DNA of 64,000 bases from Perkinsela sp. CCAP 1560/9 (GCA_965644495.1 CBFFSA010000003.1:124001-188000), one strand, 5' to 3'; counted from the stretch's first letter, positions 43,351 through 54,400 are shown. The notes: generated by a model not told the origin, from the letters alone. Translations and numbers: made by a program.

Positions 43351-44003
43351 CTTGTTTGATTGGAAAGAAAATGGAAAGGCATTTAAAGAAGAGAAGACAT
43401 TCTTCGAATATAAATTTAGAAAGTGAAGAAAAGTTTCCTTATGAGGACGCGAGCCGACGGCACAACTGTGCACAAACGTGGTGTTCGGGATACACGAAAT
43501 ATTAGGAGTTCGGATTCGTATTTGTCGTTCTAGGTGCTCACAAGAGGGTGAACAAGTGCATAGAGACATAACGTTAATCGATTTCGTTTTCCACGATAAA
43601 GGCATCGTAGGGACAGAACACGGCATGCGGGTACTGATGCAAAGAAATGTTTGCGGTCAAGCCTGGTAGATTTCGTTGTTATGCAATCAGAAGTCACTAA
43701 ATCATGATTTCATAGTAAGTGAGATCGTGAAACAGTTGTAAAGCATTTCTTGATACTATGCGGGCCGTATTCTAGTGAAAAACCAAAAGAATAGTACAAA
43801 ATATTAATCAGTCAAAAAGAGGACAGATAGAAGTTTTTATATCAATATCACTTTAGTAATCTTTACATAAGAGGCCTATGCTATGGTTGACCCGAGAATA
43901 ATTTCTTCAACTTGCAAACTGTGTGCACTTTACTGCAATCCTCTTAGCGCTTAGAATCTTTTTACCTTCCGAAAAATGAAAACGAACGGTGCGTGCATGC
44001 CGA

Positions 44004-44177
44004 TTATGAGTATTTTGTCCATCCAAGACTAGTGGCGTGTTGTCGAAAACATTTCCGGCAGCAATACAAACCATATTTGCGAATGAGACCTTTCTCAACA
44101 CTGCACATGCGACACTGGCGACTACCTTTGCCTACGTGTAGAGCCTGACGAGTTTTCCAAATATCGGCGTGAACCAT
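44004..44177 (-). CDS. RPS29: 40S ribosomal protein S29 (uS14), 57 aa; not in the ORF track
   Basis: Manual translation [57 protein letters not shown] with the GKGSRxCRxC...GLIRKYGL..CRxCFR signature. Confidence 0.97.
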   Translation of the reverse strand: MVHADIWKTRQALHVGKGSRQCRMCSVEKGLIRKYGLYCCRKCFRQHATSLGWTKYS

Positions 44178-44486
44178 TTTCCGTAAAATTACGTGCTATC
44201 AAAAAATCAATATAAAGAAAAAAAAATGTGTTGAATCTTTTGAATATTTTTCTGATTACCTTACAATAGCAGCACTTGGTTCTTGAATTACATGAATGAG
44301 CTACATGAATGAGTTACATGGAAGGGACACCTGCGAAAAACTACAATTTTCAAAACTATCTCTCCAATATAATGCAACTCCTTACAGATTTGTCTTGAGT
44401 CGACATTTCCGCAAAAAGCAAAAGCTTCTCGAGATAGATAAAGAAAAGGAAAAAAAGAACAATACAGCTTTACCTATTGGAACGCT

Positions 44487-44798
44487 TTAACTGACATTTA
44501 CTAGAGAGGACTCACTCGTTTCTCGTAAATCACTGTCCTCCATACGTACCATGGCGGTGCTTGGAATCATACACATGGACAAAAAGCGTTCTCGAATAAA
44601 CATACTATTATTTTGTGTCATTTCCGCATTTTCGTTGGAGTTTCCTACATCGTCCTCTGCTGGGATCGGCGGAAGAGACTCCCACGCCTCACTTAGAATC
44701 ACGTGACCATCACAGTCATAACTCGCAATGACGCCTCGAAAGACCCTACCGTCCGTAATGGTTATGTGCACTCGGCGTCCTAGAAAAGTCTTTGACAT
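44487..44798 (-). CDS. Sm-like protein, most similar in pattern to the NatC auxiliary subunit NAA38/LSMD1
   Basis: Sm1 ITITDGRVFRGVIASYDCDGHVILSEAWE, Sm2 RFLSMCMIP; ATG at 44798. Confidence 0.8.
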   Translation of the reverse strand: MSKTFLGRRVHITITDGRVFRGVIASYDCDGHVILSEAWESLPPIPAEDDVGNSNENAEMTQNNSMFIRERFLSMCMIPSTAMVRMEDSDLRETSESSLVNVS

Positions 44799-45006
44799 TC
44801 TTGTGCGCAAGTTAGGAGGTAAACCTCATGATAATATGTATAAAATTCTGGAAAAAGCAAATCGTATATTTTCTACAAATTAATTTTACAAACAAAAGAG
44901 ATAAATATACAAGTAAATTGGTTTGAACCGTAGTATCCTGAATTTGACAAAGTAATACCAAACAATACTTCGAAAAAACATCGAACAATTCTTTTTCAAA
45001 TTCACC

Positions 45007-47094
45007 TCATCTTGCCGTTTCCTCCTGAACTGGTTTGTCCTGAACAAAACCGGTCATTTCCACGGGCGCGTACTTACCACCACTGTGTTTCAAATCGTAG
45101 TAGTAACACACATAAATGGTATCAATACACACGGCATAGACCTGGAAAAACACACAGGACATAAAATAACACACAACGGCAATAAACACAAGAGGGAGTA
45201 CCGTACTTTGCTCGCTTACAAACGATTCCTCACAGAATATTCCCCGCTGCAGGAGCAAATGGCTGCACAGGACACAGGAAAAAACAACCAGCATTTTGCC
45301 TAACCCAATCACGACCCCTTCCACGGCACTGAGCACCACAGCAGTCGCAATATTATCCAAAATAATATGAAAAGCCTCTCGGGCAGCGGAACAGAAACAC
45401 TGGGAGGTAATACACATCACAATGTAACCGTTACGTGAGATCACTTTGAGAAACTTTTCAAAACAAGCGAGTAAGCATTCCGCGATGCAGGAGAAAAACC
45501 GGTTCACGTTGGGCCGGCCCGCGACCTTCTCGGCTTGTGTGGCAATCAGTCGCATCGCAATGCGTAGCATTTGAACCAAAGCAATGAGTAACGTCCCAAG
45601 CGCGAGCGTCCCGGCATGATACCCGAGTGTCCAGCACGTTGCTCGGGCAATGGATCCATAGGGGAGATATTTATGCGTCGACGCCTGGGCTTCTCTTTTC
45701 TCTGGAGATGAAGCCATCACCGAGGGACAGCTAAAATACCAAAATACGGTACAAAAGGCCAGAATGGTAAACCCCACAGCCGTGACAAACCCCAGTGACC
45801 ACAAAGCCCCGAAAAGCGTGTAGACATACAAATAGGGTCGGTAGAGGTCGTCACAGACAAATCCCCCAATGTTATAGCTCTCCTCCATAGTTTGATTGCC
45901 CCACGAGAAGGTTGAATTTCGTATGGAAAACGGAATTTGCACCGTATGGGAACAATCCGAGGTGTAGAGAAACAACCCGACGCCTGCGGACCACACCACA
46001 ATGAGCAACTGGACCGCGGAGGTCACCAGCGACACCCCCACCATCGAGGGGGCCGCGGAGAGCACGCGCCCGCCCATACGAATCATATCACACGCGGTGT
46101 CCACATGTCGCGCAAACCAAAACATGAGCAGAACGTAAACCAACGTGGTGGCCGCGAGACCGTACGAACTGAGGCGCCAGAATTGAGCCGACTGCGTGGA
46201 GAAAAGCGAAATCGAGGCCTGCGGGGTGCGCGCTGGATTCGCCATGGCCTCTGCCTGGGTGTGGAGGTACCACGTGAGCAGGAGAAACAGCAGCAGCACG
46301 AGCACGATACTCAGCCACACGAGGGGCTTCACCGCGAGACGCATCAGTTGGATGTAGAGCACACTGAGGAGCACACAGAGCGCCGCGGAGAGGAGCAGAA
46401 CTCTCCAGCAGTCACAGAGCTCGGAGAGGCCTTGGGTTAAGACTCCGGAGATTTGCATCGCGTAGGGAATTTGGGAGAGATAGGGGGAGAGGGTCGCGGT
46501 GGGGAGCCTTTGGGGCACACAGCGATGGGCAAAGGTTTGGGTGTCGTAGGTGATGGGGTAATACGCAGGAATGTACCACGGAAGAGCGGAATGGTTTGAG
46601 TGGGGGTCGCGCGAGTGACGGGGGACATCTCCGTAGGTGTAGACTTTTTGAGATTCCGGTAAAAAGAGGGCTGAAAATGGGCTTTGAGCGTTGTGAAAAG
46701 GCTCAGGGCATTGACGCACACACAGCGCACGCTGTACCCCTTGGTAGGCCATGGCCAGCACGGTGTTTGTGTCGTTGGAGGAGGCCAACGCCTTTTCCGG
46801 GGCAAGCGGTACCCATAAATGCGTATTCTCCTCCCATCGTTGACTTTGGTACACACTTTGGTCCGGGATGTGGTTGGAAAACTCCGGGGGTCCGGTTCCC
46901 TTGCCACAGACATAGCCGAGGTAGTCCGTGCCATAGAGTAGACGGTTGGGATCCCCGGATTTAAGGCTCAGTCCTCCGAGTACAAGGAAACCGACCCAAA
47001 ACACAACGAACAGGACAAGAAAGAAAACATCCGTACAGCTTCGATGGGTGACGTAGGTGGAGGGGAGTTTGTTGTCACCCCCGCAGCAGAGCAT
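45007..47094 (-). CDS. Choline transporter-like protein (SLC44/CTL)
   Basis: RSCTDVFFL, GDPNRLLYGTDYLGYVCG, YHAGTLALG, RNGYI, IDTIYVC. Confidence 0.95.
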   Translation of the reverse strand: MLCCGGDNKLPSTYVTHRSCTDVFFLVLFVVFWVGFLVLGGLSLKSGDPNRLLYGTDYLGYVCGKGTGPPEFSNHIPDQSVYQSQRWEENTHLWVPLAPEKALASSNDTNTVLAMAYQGVQRALCVRQCPEPFHNAQSPFSALFLPESQKVYTYGDVPRHSRDPHSNHSALPWYIPAYYPITYDTQTFAHRCVPQRLPTATLSPYLSQIPYAMQISGVLTQGLSELCDCWRVLLLSAALCVLLSVLYIQLMRLAVKPLVWLSIVLVLLLFLLLTWYLHTQAEAMANPARTPQASISLFSTQSAQFWRLSSYGLAATTLVYVLLMFWFARHVDTACDMIRMGGRVLSAAPSMVGVSLVTSAVQLLIVVWSAGVGLFLYTSDCSHTVQIPFSIRNSTFSWGNQTMEESYNIGGFVCDDLYRPYLYVYTLFGALWSLGFVTAVGFTILAFCTVFWYFSCPSVMASSPEKREAQASTHKYLPYGSIARATCWTLGYHAGTLALGTLLIALVQMLRIAMRLIATQAEKVAGRPNVNRFFSCIAECLLACFEKFLKVISRNGYIVMCITSQCFCSAAREAFHIILDNIATAVVLSAVEGVVIGLGKMLVVFSCVLCSHLLLQRGIFCEESFVSEQSTVLPLVFIAVVCYFMSCVFFQVYAVCIDTIYVCYYYDLKHSGGKYAPVEMTGFVQDKPVQEETAR

Positions 47095-47383
47095 GGCGTC
47101 CGGAGCACGTGTGGGGGATTCTTCTTATGCAGGAAGAAGATTTACAGCGTTTGGTTTATAAAGGCGATATGGTTTTGCCAGGCCCGTGCTTCATGGTTGG
47201 TTTTGCATGGGGAGGAATAGAGAATAGTTCTAGATACGATCTAGACTCGATAAGATAGAGAAAAAACGATGAATCACAAAATGGACGGTTTTTAACGAAA
47301 CATAACTCAAAGACTTATGATTTTAACACAACCTGATGTACAAAAACCTATCAAGCACTAAAGTAGATGGAGTCTACTTTTCT

Positions 47384-48205
47384 CTAAATTTCAACTGTGG
47401 CAGCGACAACAAAATTGCTCCAGTCCGCGTCTTGAAACGCAGCCTTGTCTTCCTCCGCCTGCTGTGTTTCCTGGTTTTCCTTTACCCTGGTTTTCTCCCT
47501 CTGCCACAGCGCACTGTCCCAGCAACGCGCCAGCAGCTCATCGGGGCGGCATGTGCTCTGCGTCTCCAACGCTTCCACAAGACCACCGGAGGGTCGCAAA
47601 ATACGCTGGTAGGATTCAAACAAATGCCGAAAGAGATGAAACCTTGGGTGTCCATCTTTTAGAAAATCAAAATAGGGGTTTCGCTTTTCATGCGTCATCA
47701 GGGCGTGCATGAACTCCTCTCCGTAGATGACCAGATACTGGGCGGTGTGTTTCATCAGCTCCAATGTAGTAAGGCAGATTTCATTCCCAGTGGGACTGAA
47801 ATCCGCATCTAGACTGTGGATAAGGGGGAGGGGGTCGGTAGCAGGAACAGGCCGCTCCTCGTTTAGCATCGCGCAGAGAAGAGAATGGGTTTGTGTTTCG
47901 GGTGATACGAAAGATGAAGTTGTGGTCGTCCCCGATGGCTGAGTAGCTTGAGGTGTCGTATCCACAGCGGGGGTTTGGTCCCGTAACTCTTGTTTGTATT
48001 CCTCCACTTTTTGACGGTAGTACGCGTGGTAGGGGTTTTCGGGCTTCAAAAAGCTAAACGTTACGTTGGTCATGATGGTTCGATTCGCAAGAAGCCCGTA
48101 CTCGAATTTTTCACCTTTCTCAGCAACCCTCTTGGCTGTTTTATCGACCGTCTCCCGAGTGCTCGGAGGAGGAAGAATCACGCGGGAGGAAGGGGCAGCG
48201 CTCAT
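47384..48205 (-). CDS. SF3A1: Splicing factor 3a subunit 1 (Prp21), two SURP domains, compact form
   Basis: VDKTAKRVA...FSFLKPENPYHAYY; MKHTAQY...NPYFDFLK..HPRF; DWSNFVVAATVE. Confidence 0.92.
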   Translation of the reverse strand: MSAAPSSRVILPPPSTRETVDKTAKRVAEKGEKFEYGLLANRTIMTNVTFSFLKPENPYHAYYRQKVEEYKQELRDQTPAVDTTPQATQPSGTTTTSSFVSPETQTHSLLCAMLNEERPVPATDPLPLIHSLDADFSPTGNEICLTTLELMKHTAQYLVIYGEEFMHALMTHEKRNPYFDFLKDGHPRFHLFRHLFESYQRILRPSGGLVEALETQSTCRPDELLARCWDSALWQREKTRVKENQETQQAEEDKAAFQDADWSNFVVAATVEI

Positions 48206-48452
48206 TGTTTAAAAAAAGTAGACTGGGTTAAAAAAATCTACCAAATGATGTTTGAGTTTTGTGGGGCATTGAATGTGTCTATCAAATCTGAATATTTCAA
48301 AGGTACTGACCCATCCTTTAATTACATTTAAATTGGTATGCAAGCCCATAAAAACAAACATCTGTGAACCATAAAGCACAAACCTACATGAAGAACACAG
48401 CAATTTACTGCATTACGTCTGTTTTGCCCCTTTTCACACCCCCTTATTGCCC

Positions 48453-48971
48453 CTATTTCGCCCGACAAACCTCCGGGATCGTAAACTTCCCGGCCTGGTT
48501 ATTCATCAGCAGCGCAATAATCAGCCCATACAACCCCAAAGCCTCTCCAAAAATCAACATTAAAATCATAGCCACAAAAATCCGGTCCTGCCGCGCGTAC
48601 GCCCGCACCGAGGTATCCCCCACTATCCCAATCGCAAACCCCGCGGCCAGGGAGGACAACCCGGCCGCGAGTCCGGCCCCAAAATGCATATACCCCGCAA
48701 AGGCGGAGTAGGTCCCGTCGACGCGAATACTGCTGTTGATAATCACCGCAACAATGAGCCCATAAATCCCCAGAATCCCTGCCATCACGACGGGGACGAT
48801 CCCACGCATAATACGCTCGTGGTGGAGCACCCCGAGGTGGGCGACCCCGACCCCGGACTTGGCAGTGCCGTAGGCGGAGCCGAGATTGGCAAAGACAAGC
48901 GCAGCGGTCGCCCCCATGGCCCCGAAGAAGGCCGCAGAGGGGGGGAAGAGTTTGTCACAGATCTCAGACAT
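48453..48971 (-). CDS. ATP6V0C: V-type ATPase 16-kDa proteolipid subunit c
   Basis: [42 protein letters not shown] with the conserved Glu. Confidence 0.97.
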   Translation of the reverse strand: MSEICDKLFPPSAAFFGAMGATAALVFANLGSAYGTAKSGVGVAHLGVLHHERIMRGIVPVVMAGILGIYGLIVAVIINSSIRVDGTYSAFAGYMHFGAGLAAGLSSLAAGFAIGIVGDTSVRAYARQDRIFVAMILMLIFGEALGLYGLIIALLMNNQAGKFTIPEVCRAK

Positions 48972-49149
48972 GGAGGAGAAGGAGGGAGGAGATAAAGAAA
49001 GAATTCTAAAGGAATATCAAGAGGGTGAGTTACAAGGTGTGTTTTGCAATACATACCGTGTTGGACAAACACGTCTTGTTTTACGTCCTACTTACGTGTG
49101 GACAAGAGTTTTTGGACAAGAGTTAAAAAAAAATATCATTCAGGATTGC

Positions 49150-49682
49150 TCTTCCCCTCCTTACGCAGGCTGCATCTTGCACCTTTTGTTAGTAAGAGCA
49201 CAACTTTCCTGACGTACAGACTAACTCATAGCCCTAGCTACTCGTTTTACAGCACTAAGGGAGCAGGGGAACCCAAGTTTGACCATTATAGAATGTACCC
49301 AAGAGAAAGATGGACACCCGCCCGGTTTCTCATTTTCATCATCGAATAGCTTTTTCGTCGCTCTGCGAAATCTTTCCGTCCCTATTTTACAGGGCCTTCC
49401 TTGCTTTTTCTTGCAAGCCTGACCCCCTTCCATTCTGCTCCGTTTTATGATAGAACGAATGGTAGTGCGGTCTCGCACAAAAAAAGAAGCTAGTTTATGA
49501 ATGGACACCCCCCTCTGGTGTTGTTTGAGAATTTCAGATCTTTCAATGGGGGTAGTACGGTCAATTCTGTGCGAAATGGGGGGATTTTTATTCTTTTGGT
49601 ACTCATAAAGGTTGGGGGAAGGGGAAGAGGCGGACATAAGGGTCGTAAAAAGTCGCATTCGCATTGGATGCTTTTTTTTCAT
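49150..49682 (-). pseudogene. Tc1/mariner-type transposase N-terminal (paired HTH) remnant
   Basis: ERSEIL..HQRGVSIHKLASFFVRDRTTIRSIIKR...KQGRPCKI (HTH plus GRPR-like linker), second HTH ...CSLSAVKRV, then stops. Confidence 0.75.
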
Positions 49683-50170
49683 CGCTAAGGTCGCGATGCT
49701 GAAGAGTGAATGCGGAGTCACGATACGTTCAGTCCGACGAACTGTCACTTGCACGGTATTGGTTTCATGTCGGACGTTGTCTGGCGATCCTCATCTTACC
49801 ATTTGTACTAATCGAGAGCCCGGAAAGGTAAATCATTGCCGAATAAAGAAATGCAAGTGGGCACCTTATTAACCCCCCGTCACGATAAGTGACCATAGGC
49901 CAATTTTTGGTATATGAGGCCGTTTTATCTAATTTTTGTAGCATTTTGCAGATCTCATTGCCCAATTTCTTGGAGGCACACACTTGGTGCAAATGCTGAA
50001 CAATTGCATCTGGTGGGTGTCACTTACCATTTTTTTCACCTTTTTACCACTTTGCTTGATTTGTTATAGTGTGTAAACACAGTTCGTGTGGACAATATGG
50101 CCTATTAGGCGAACATCCCAGCGTCAACGTCGTAGAAATCGGATTCAGAAAACTCAACGAGCGGAAACCA

Positions 50171-50665
50171 ATGCACCCTAGCGGCGACGGAAGCGGAAAA
50201 AGCGGCCATCCGGAATCAGTAAACTCCGATACTCACGCAAACTCGCCGTCGACAAAAGGGAATCATGGCTGTGGAACCGAGACATTTCCGGATCCAAAGG
50301 ATCTACGATTGAAGGGATACAAATGGGTTGAAAATTGGTATGTTCATGACCCCTACGCTTTCGATGTTTTTTCGGACGAACCAATCTCCCTGACGGCTGA
50401 GCAAGTCTACTTTTTCGAGTGTGATAGTCCAGAAATTCACATCAAAGAGTTGGAGACGGAGTTATCTCCGAATCCCCGACGCGTAGAATTCTCGACTCCA
50501 TTCGACGAAAGTCGGAACGCGACCGAAGTGACTGGAAACGCAAGTAACATATTCTCGATGTCAAACGGAAATTCACAAGTCCTCTCCCATTTCCCTTCGA
50601 AACACCCGCGGAACTCTTATTGGATAAGGTGTCGGAAGTTAAATTCCATGGATCAACGCAGTTGA
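50171..50665 (+). CDS. Orphan plus-strand ORF upstream of Merlin copy 1
   Basis: ATG at 50171, ~164 aa (frame open from 50069); contains WYVHDPY; lies inside the TE island. Confidence 0.35.
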   Translation: MHPSGDGSGKSGHPESVNSDTHANSPSTKGNHGCGTETFPDPKDLRLKGYKWVENWYVHDPYAFDVFSDEPISLTAEQVYFFECDSPEIHIKELETELSPNPRRVEFSTPFDESRNATEVTGNASNIFSMSNGNSQVLSHFPSKHPRNSYWIRCRKLNSMDQRS

Positions 50666-50699
50666 AGACGGAGGTTTTAGAACAAGAAATCTGATACGT

Positions 50700-51478
50700 G
50701 AGTTGCGGGATGCACCAGAATTTGGCTTACGCCCCAATTTGTATTTTTCGGATCGATCATTTGTCAAACAGCAAGAGCGTTTTTTGATACACTTTTCTGC
50801 AAGTGGATTTTATTTGCACCTATGACGCAAGGATGGGACCAAGAAGTGTACCTTGAAATGGGAGCTTGCAGCACTCCGCAAAGATCAAGTTGCTAAATAC
50901 GAGTTTGGACGGATTCAGGTGGACGAGACGTTTATCGGAAAGCGGAAATACAACCGGGGACGACCTCAGCGTAAACGAGGGTGGTGGTTTGCGACAGTGA
51001 CGGAGTCCAGAGAGACAGGTAAGACTGGGCGGACGCACTGGAAATTAGTGAAGCGCCGTGACAAACCCACGCTACACGGCTTCATTATACCCCACTTGGC
51101 AAGTGCGCGTTCTGTCCTGGTCAGCGATTGTTAGGGAGCCTACAATGGCGTCGACCAATTGTGCCCACATTACTCCGTCACAGTAAGGAATTTGTGAATG
51201 AAAGAGGGTACCATACGAATGGTGCCGAGAGCGTACACAATACAATCAAGTATTGGGCGCGCTTGCAACACTACAACTTCGGGGCGACTACTTTGGAGTT
51301 GCGCTGCAACGTTGCGTTGCAATGCGTGGAGTATGGCGACACGCATGATGGTCGGGAAGTCTCACGGCAGAATCGCTTTGCCAATCTCTTGGAATGTATT
51401 CGTGAGCACTTTACATTCCCTCCCGAAGAGTCTGATGAAGTCAGCTGCGACAGTTGCGCGTCTGAGTATGATGAGTAA
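50700..51478 (+). mobile_element. Merlin (IS1595-family DDE) transposase pseudogene, copy 1
   Basis: IQVDETFIGKRKYNRGR, VKRRDKPTL, VSDC*GAY (TAG at 51132-51134), frameshift near 51180, HSKEFV..GYHTNGAES. Confidence 0.92.
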
Positions 51479-52243
51479 TACGTAAAATTCGGAACGTCTG
51501 TACATATTTCTTTTTTTCTCCAATACTCTGTACGTATGCGTTTATGCTATATAGTTTACAAAAAAGAAAAGAAAAAAAAGACCTACATGGCTTCAGTTTC
51601 CTTTGCCGCGCATAAAGACGGTTGGAATCCGATGGAAGCACCAGGCTTTAAGGCTGCAGTGCGAGACGTTAACAGGAAAGCAGGGGCCGGCTTATCAACA
51701 CGGAGACAGGAAAATTCATCAGCCCACCCCCTGCCCCGAGAGGACGTCCTTCCAACCCGTCTTTCCCTCCAAAGCTCAACTCTTCCGCTCACGCCACTTC
51801 CGACACCTTCGGACAGCCTGCTCACCCCGACCTGGAAATTGACCTAGACGTCGACCCACGGGACTGGGATGAACGCTCGATTCCGCATCAGGAAACCATC
51901 GTACACACAATTGCCGAACATAAATTCCGTCTTGCCTACAATGCTGCGGATACGAGAACGCGCACTCGATGGACGTCACAATCCGGGAAAGGGGCGAGTA
52001 GTTGAGCATTCGTAACGCCACCCCAAGACATTTCCCCTTCACTCCTTCAGAATTCCTGAAGCTGCCACCATCTCTGGTGCGATGGTGGCTCGGGGAGAAT
52101 ATTTACGTCGAAGCACCCCCTTGCCCTGCCCTGGAGGTGCTCCCTTCCGTTGAGCCTTGACGGCGATCACGCCCTAATGTGTAATCACGACCAGACAACG
52201 CTACCACAGCCAGACACAACGCCCTCGTTGAAAAACAGCTCGC

Positions 52244-52296
52244 ACCATCTTTTATTTTAAGACCATCTTCTATTTTAAGACTATCTTTTATTTTAA
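52244..52296 (+). repeat. Three 18-bp tandem repeats (accatcttttattttaag) immediately 5' of the retroelement ORF
   Basis: Units start at 52244, 52262 and 52280. Confidence 0.85.
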
Positions 52297-52319
52297 TTTA
52301 TTTTAAAATATTATGGCGG

Positions 52320-53889
52320 ATGCTTCCGGAACGTGTAAGGGGACAGGCTTTTGAAACCCTTACACGGACCAAGCGTGGTCGGGGGGTCATCTTTCGATCA
52401 CCCGAGCGGGAGGGGTCTGCTAAACTCCGGCAGAGGGCGGTGCGGGCGCTCTGTAAGATAGTCCGCGTTGGGGCTCATCTTCGCGTCACGTGGAGACACG
52501 ACAACTGTTGCGAGACTCTGTTTGTTTGGGAGGGCGAAGTCGTGTGTGAGGGGCCGGCTTATCTCAAAAGCGTAGGCGGGCATACTCAGGGGGGATCCTC
52601 GGTAACTCGAGGTGAACCTTTGGCCGGTACATTTCGTGTTCGGTACGTGGCGAGGCCGCACACGACTCTCCCCTTTCCCCCCTTACCGAATACAGGTGTC
52701 GTGCTCTGCGCGGTGCAGGTGAGTAACCCGGCAAAGGCGAAACGAAGGAGCTCCCGTCACCGCCCTCGGTCACACTGGGCGTCGCGTGGCACACACGCCC
52801 AACGAGATTCGGAGAACCTCAAAGGTTCCGCTGCGAAGGAGGACACAACCGTTGCAACACTTAACGTTACGACGTTAAAACTCGAGGGGGAAGATGAATT
52901 CTCTCTTCGAAGATGCAGCCGTTTGAACGAGGTGCTTGCTTTCATGCAGGTAAAGGGGGTTGTCATCATGTGCCTTCAGGAGACCAAATACAATTTCTCG
53001 AAGGAAGGCCATGAGGATGGAATCCTCTATAGGCAGGTTGAAAACCTAGGGGAGCGTTTTCATTTGTATTTGCTGTCGGTCGCCGCACGCGATTCATATA
53101 ATGGCATGGCCATTGTTAGCCGACATGCGTTTCGGAAGGTTTGGATGGTGAGCAATAGGGTGATGGGAGCTGAGTGTCCCCTGGAGGAGGGGACCGGCAC
53201 TTTGTTTAATGTCTACATGTATGGCCCTATACGGGACTCCTCAGAAGCCGTTCATGCGGCATTTCTGGGTGACTTGGACAAGGCGTGTCGTGAGGTCAAG
53301 GCAGAACGGAAACGCAGACCTTTATTGGTCATGGGGGACTTCAATGTACCGATAACGCTCGTGACAAATCCGAGCATGGATCCCCGAGCGGTCTCTCAGC
53401 TGAAAGGCCTCTTATGCTCCATCGGCTGCAAGTCAGCACACACCCTCTGCCCGAGCAGGAGAAAATGGACATGTGAGTTGCCGGGCAGGAGGGCGGAGAC
53501 AAAGGACCGTCGCAACGTGGGAACAGAGAGGGTAAGGCAGGAGGGGGAAGAAGGAAAGGTGGAACTGGGAAGGAAGGGTTCAGAGCCAGAGGGGACGGAT
53601 AACAGTGGTATGGTGAAGAGGGGCAGAGAAGGATGAGAGGAAAATGGGGACAAGGTACTTGATTTCGAGGTCACCCACGCCCAGTAATCCAAATACTCGG
53701 ACAAAGTCCGTAACGCTAGCTCGGTGGCCGCGGGGTCATTTGCCGAGCACTACGCCACGGAGCACAAGGAGCGACAACGAAGAGTCTGTAGGCACTGTCC
53801 CGAACTTCGCTGCCATGGCTGTTGAGAGCAACGGTTCGTGGAGCGTTAGCGTGGCAGCTAACGTGGCATGCTTCGATGGGTTGGCATAA
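52320..53889 (+). mobile_element. Non-LTR retrotransposon remnant: APE endonuclease domain followed by degenerate restriction-like endonuclease motifs; no RT present
   Basis: ATLNV, CLQET, GMAIVS, NVY..GP, VMGDFN, KWT (APE); past TGA 53634 the same frame reads VLDFEVTH; a shifted frame gives FAAMAVESNGSW (RLE-like). Confidence 0.75.
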
Positions 53890-54117
53890 GGAGGGCCCAA
53901 GCCTCCCAAGGTACCCTGACCGAGGAAGCGGCAACGAATAAACTCTATCTAGAGCTGAACGTGACCCTTGTGCGAGCCCAAGCTCGGATGATGGTCACCC
54001 GTATGTCTGTTTCCGACCCATGCGCCCCAATCACTGATGATTAGGGCTCCGGACGATCTAGAGTGTTGATCGGGCGGGCAGCCCCTATTCTCACGCCTCA
54101 CCTTCGCAGGTGAGGCG
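53890..54117 (-). ncRNA. Candidate structured RNA (~230 nt, at least five hairpins), omegaRNA-like position
   Basis: On the minus strand: 10-bp stem with GCGA loop (54094-54117), 10-bp stem with a U.G pair (54024-54047), GAAA-loop hairpin (54005-54017), nested stems 53961-53998, hairpin 53890-53906. Confidence 0.45.
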
Positions 54118-54400
54118 CAGGTTGCTGATGTGAATCCTATCTTGGAACGCTCCTACGCCTGCGCAGGAAACGGAAGTTCTTCGCGCGGCGCTCAACATAT
54201 TCGCCGCAACTGAAGAGAAGAGTTCGCCGCACTTGCAGCGGAGTGATTTTAGTAGCCCAGAAGCATCACGTTGAGCATCTTGCAGCGCATCATAGCATGT
54301 TCTGGGAAGGCATAATGTGGTTAGCGGAGCTCTTCTACTCAAGGTAGCAGGCTTCACCCGTCTGCGAAAGGCTTCGATCGTCGCTCTTCTCAAAGCAAAC
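54091..54400 (-). pseudogene. Possible degenerate Fanzor/TnpB C-terminus (RuvC-II / zinc finger / RuvC-III region)
   Basis: IEAFRRRVK..., VEELR (shifted frame, 54324-54338) then TTLC....C, GLLKSLRCKCG, SVAANML; the catalytic RD is absent. Confidence 0.35.

Noticed and set aside
54005-54020. SRP (7SL) RNA suggested by GGUCGGAAAC on the minus strand
   Set aside because: The conserved helix-8 AGCAG partner and the Alu domain are not evident.
54034-54040. CTGATGA as a hammerhead ribozyme core
   Set aside because: It is buried in a hairpin with no stem II plus GAAA in the required geometry.
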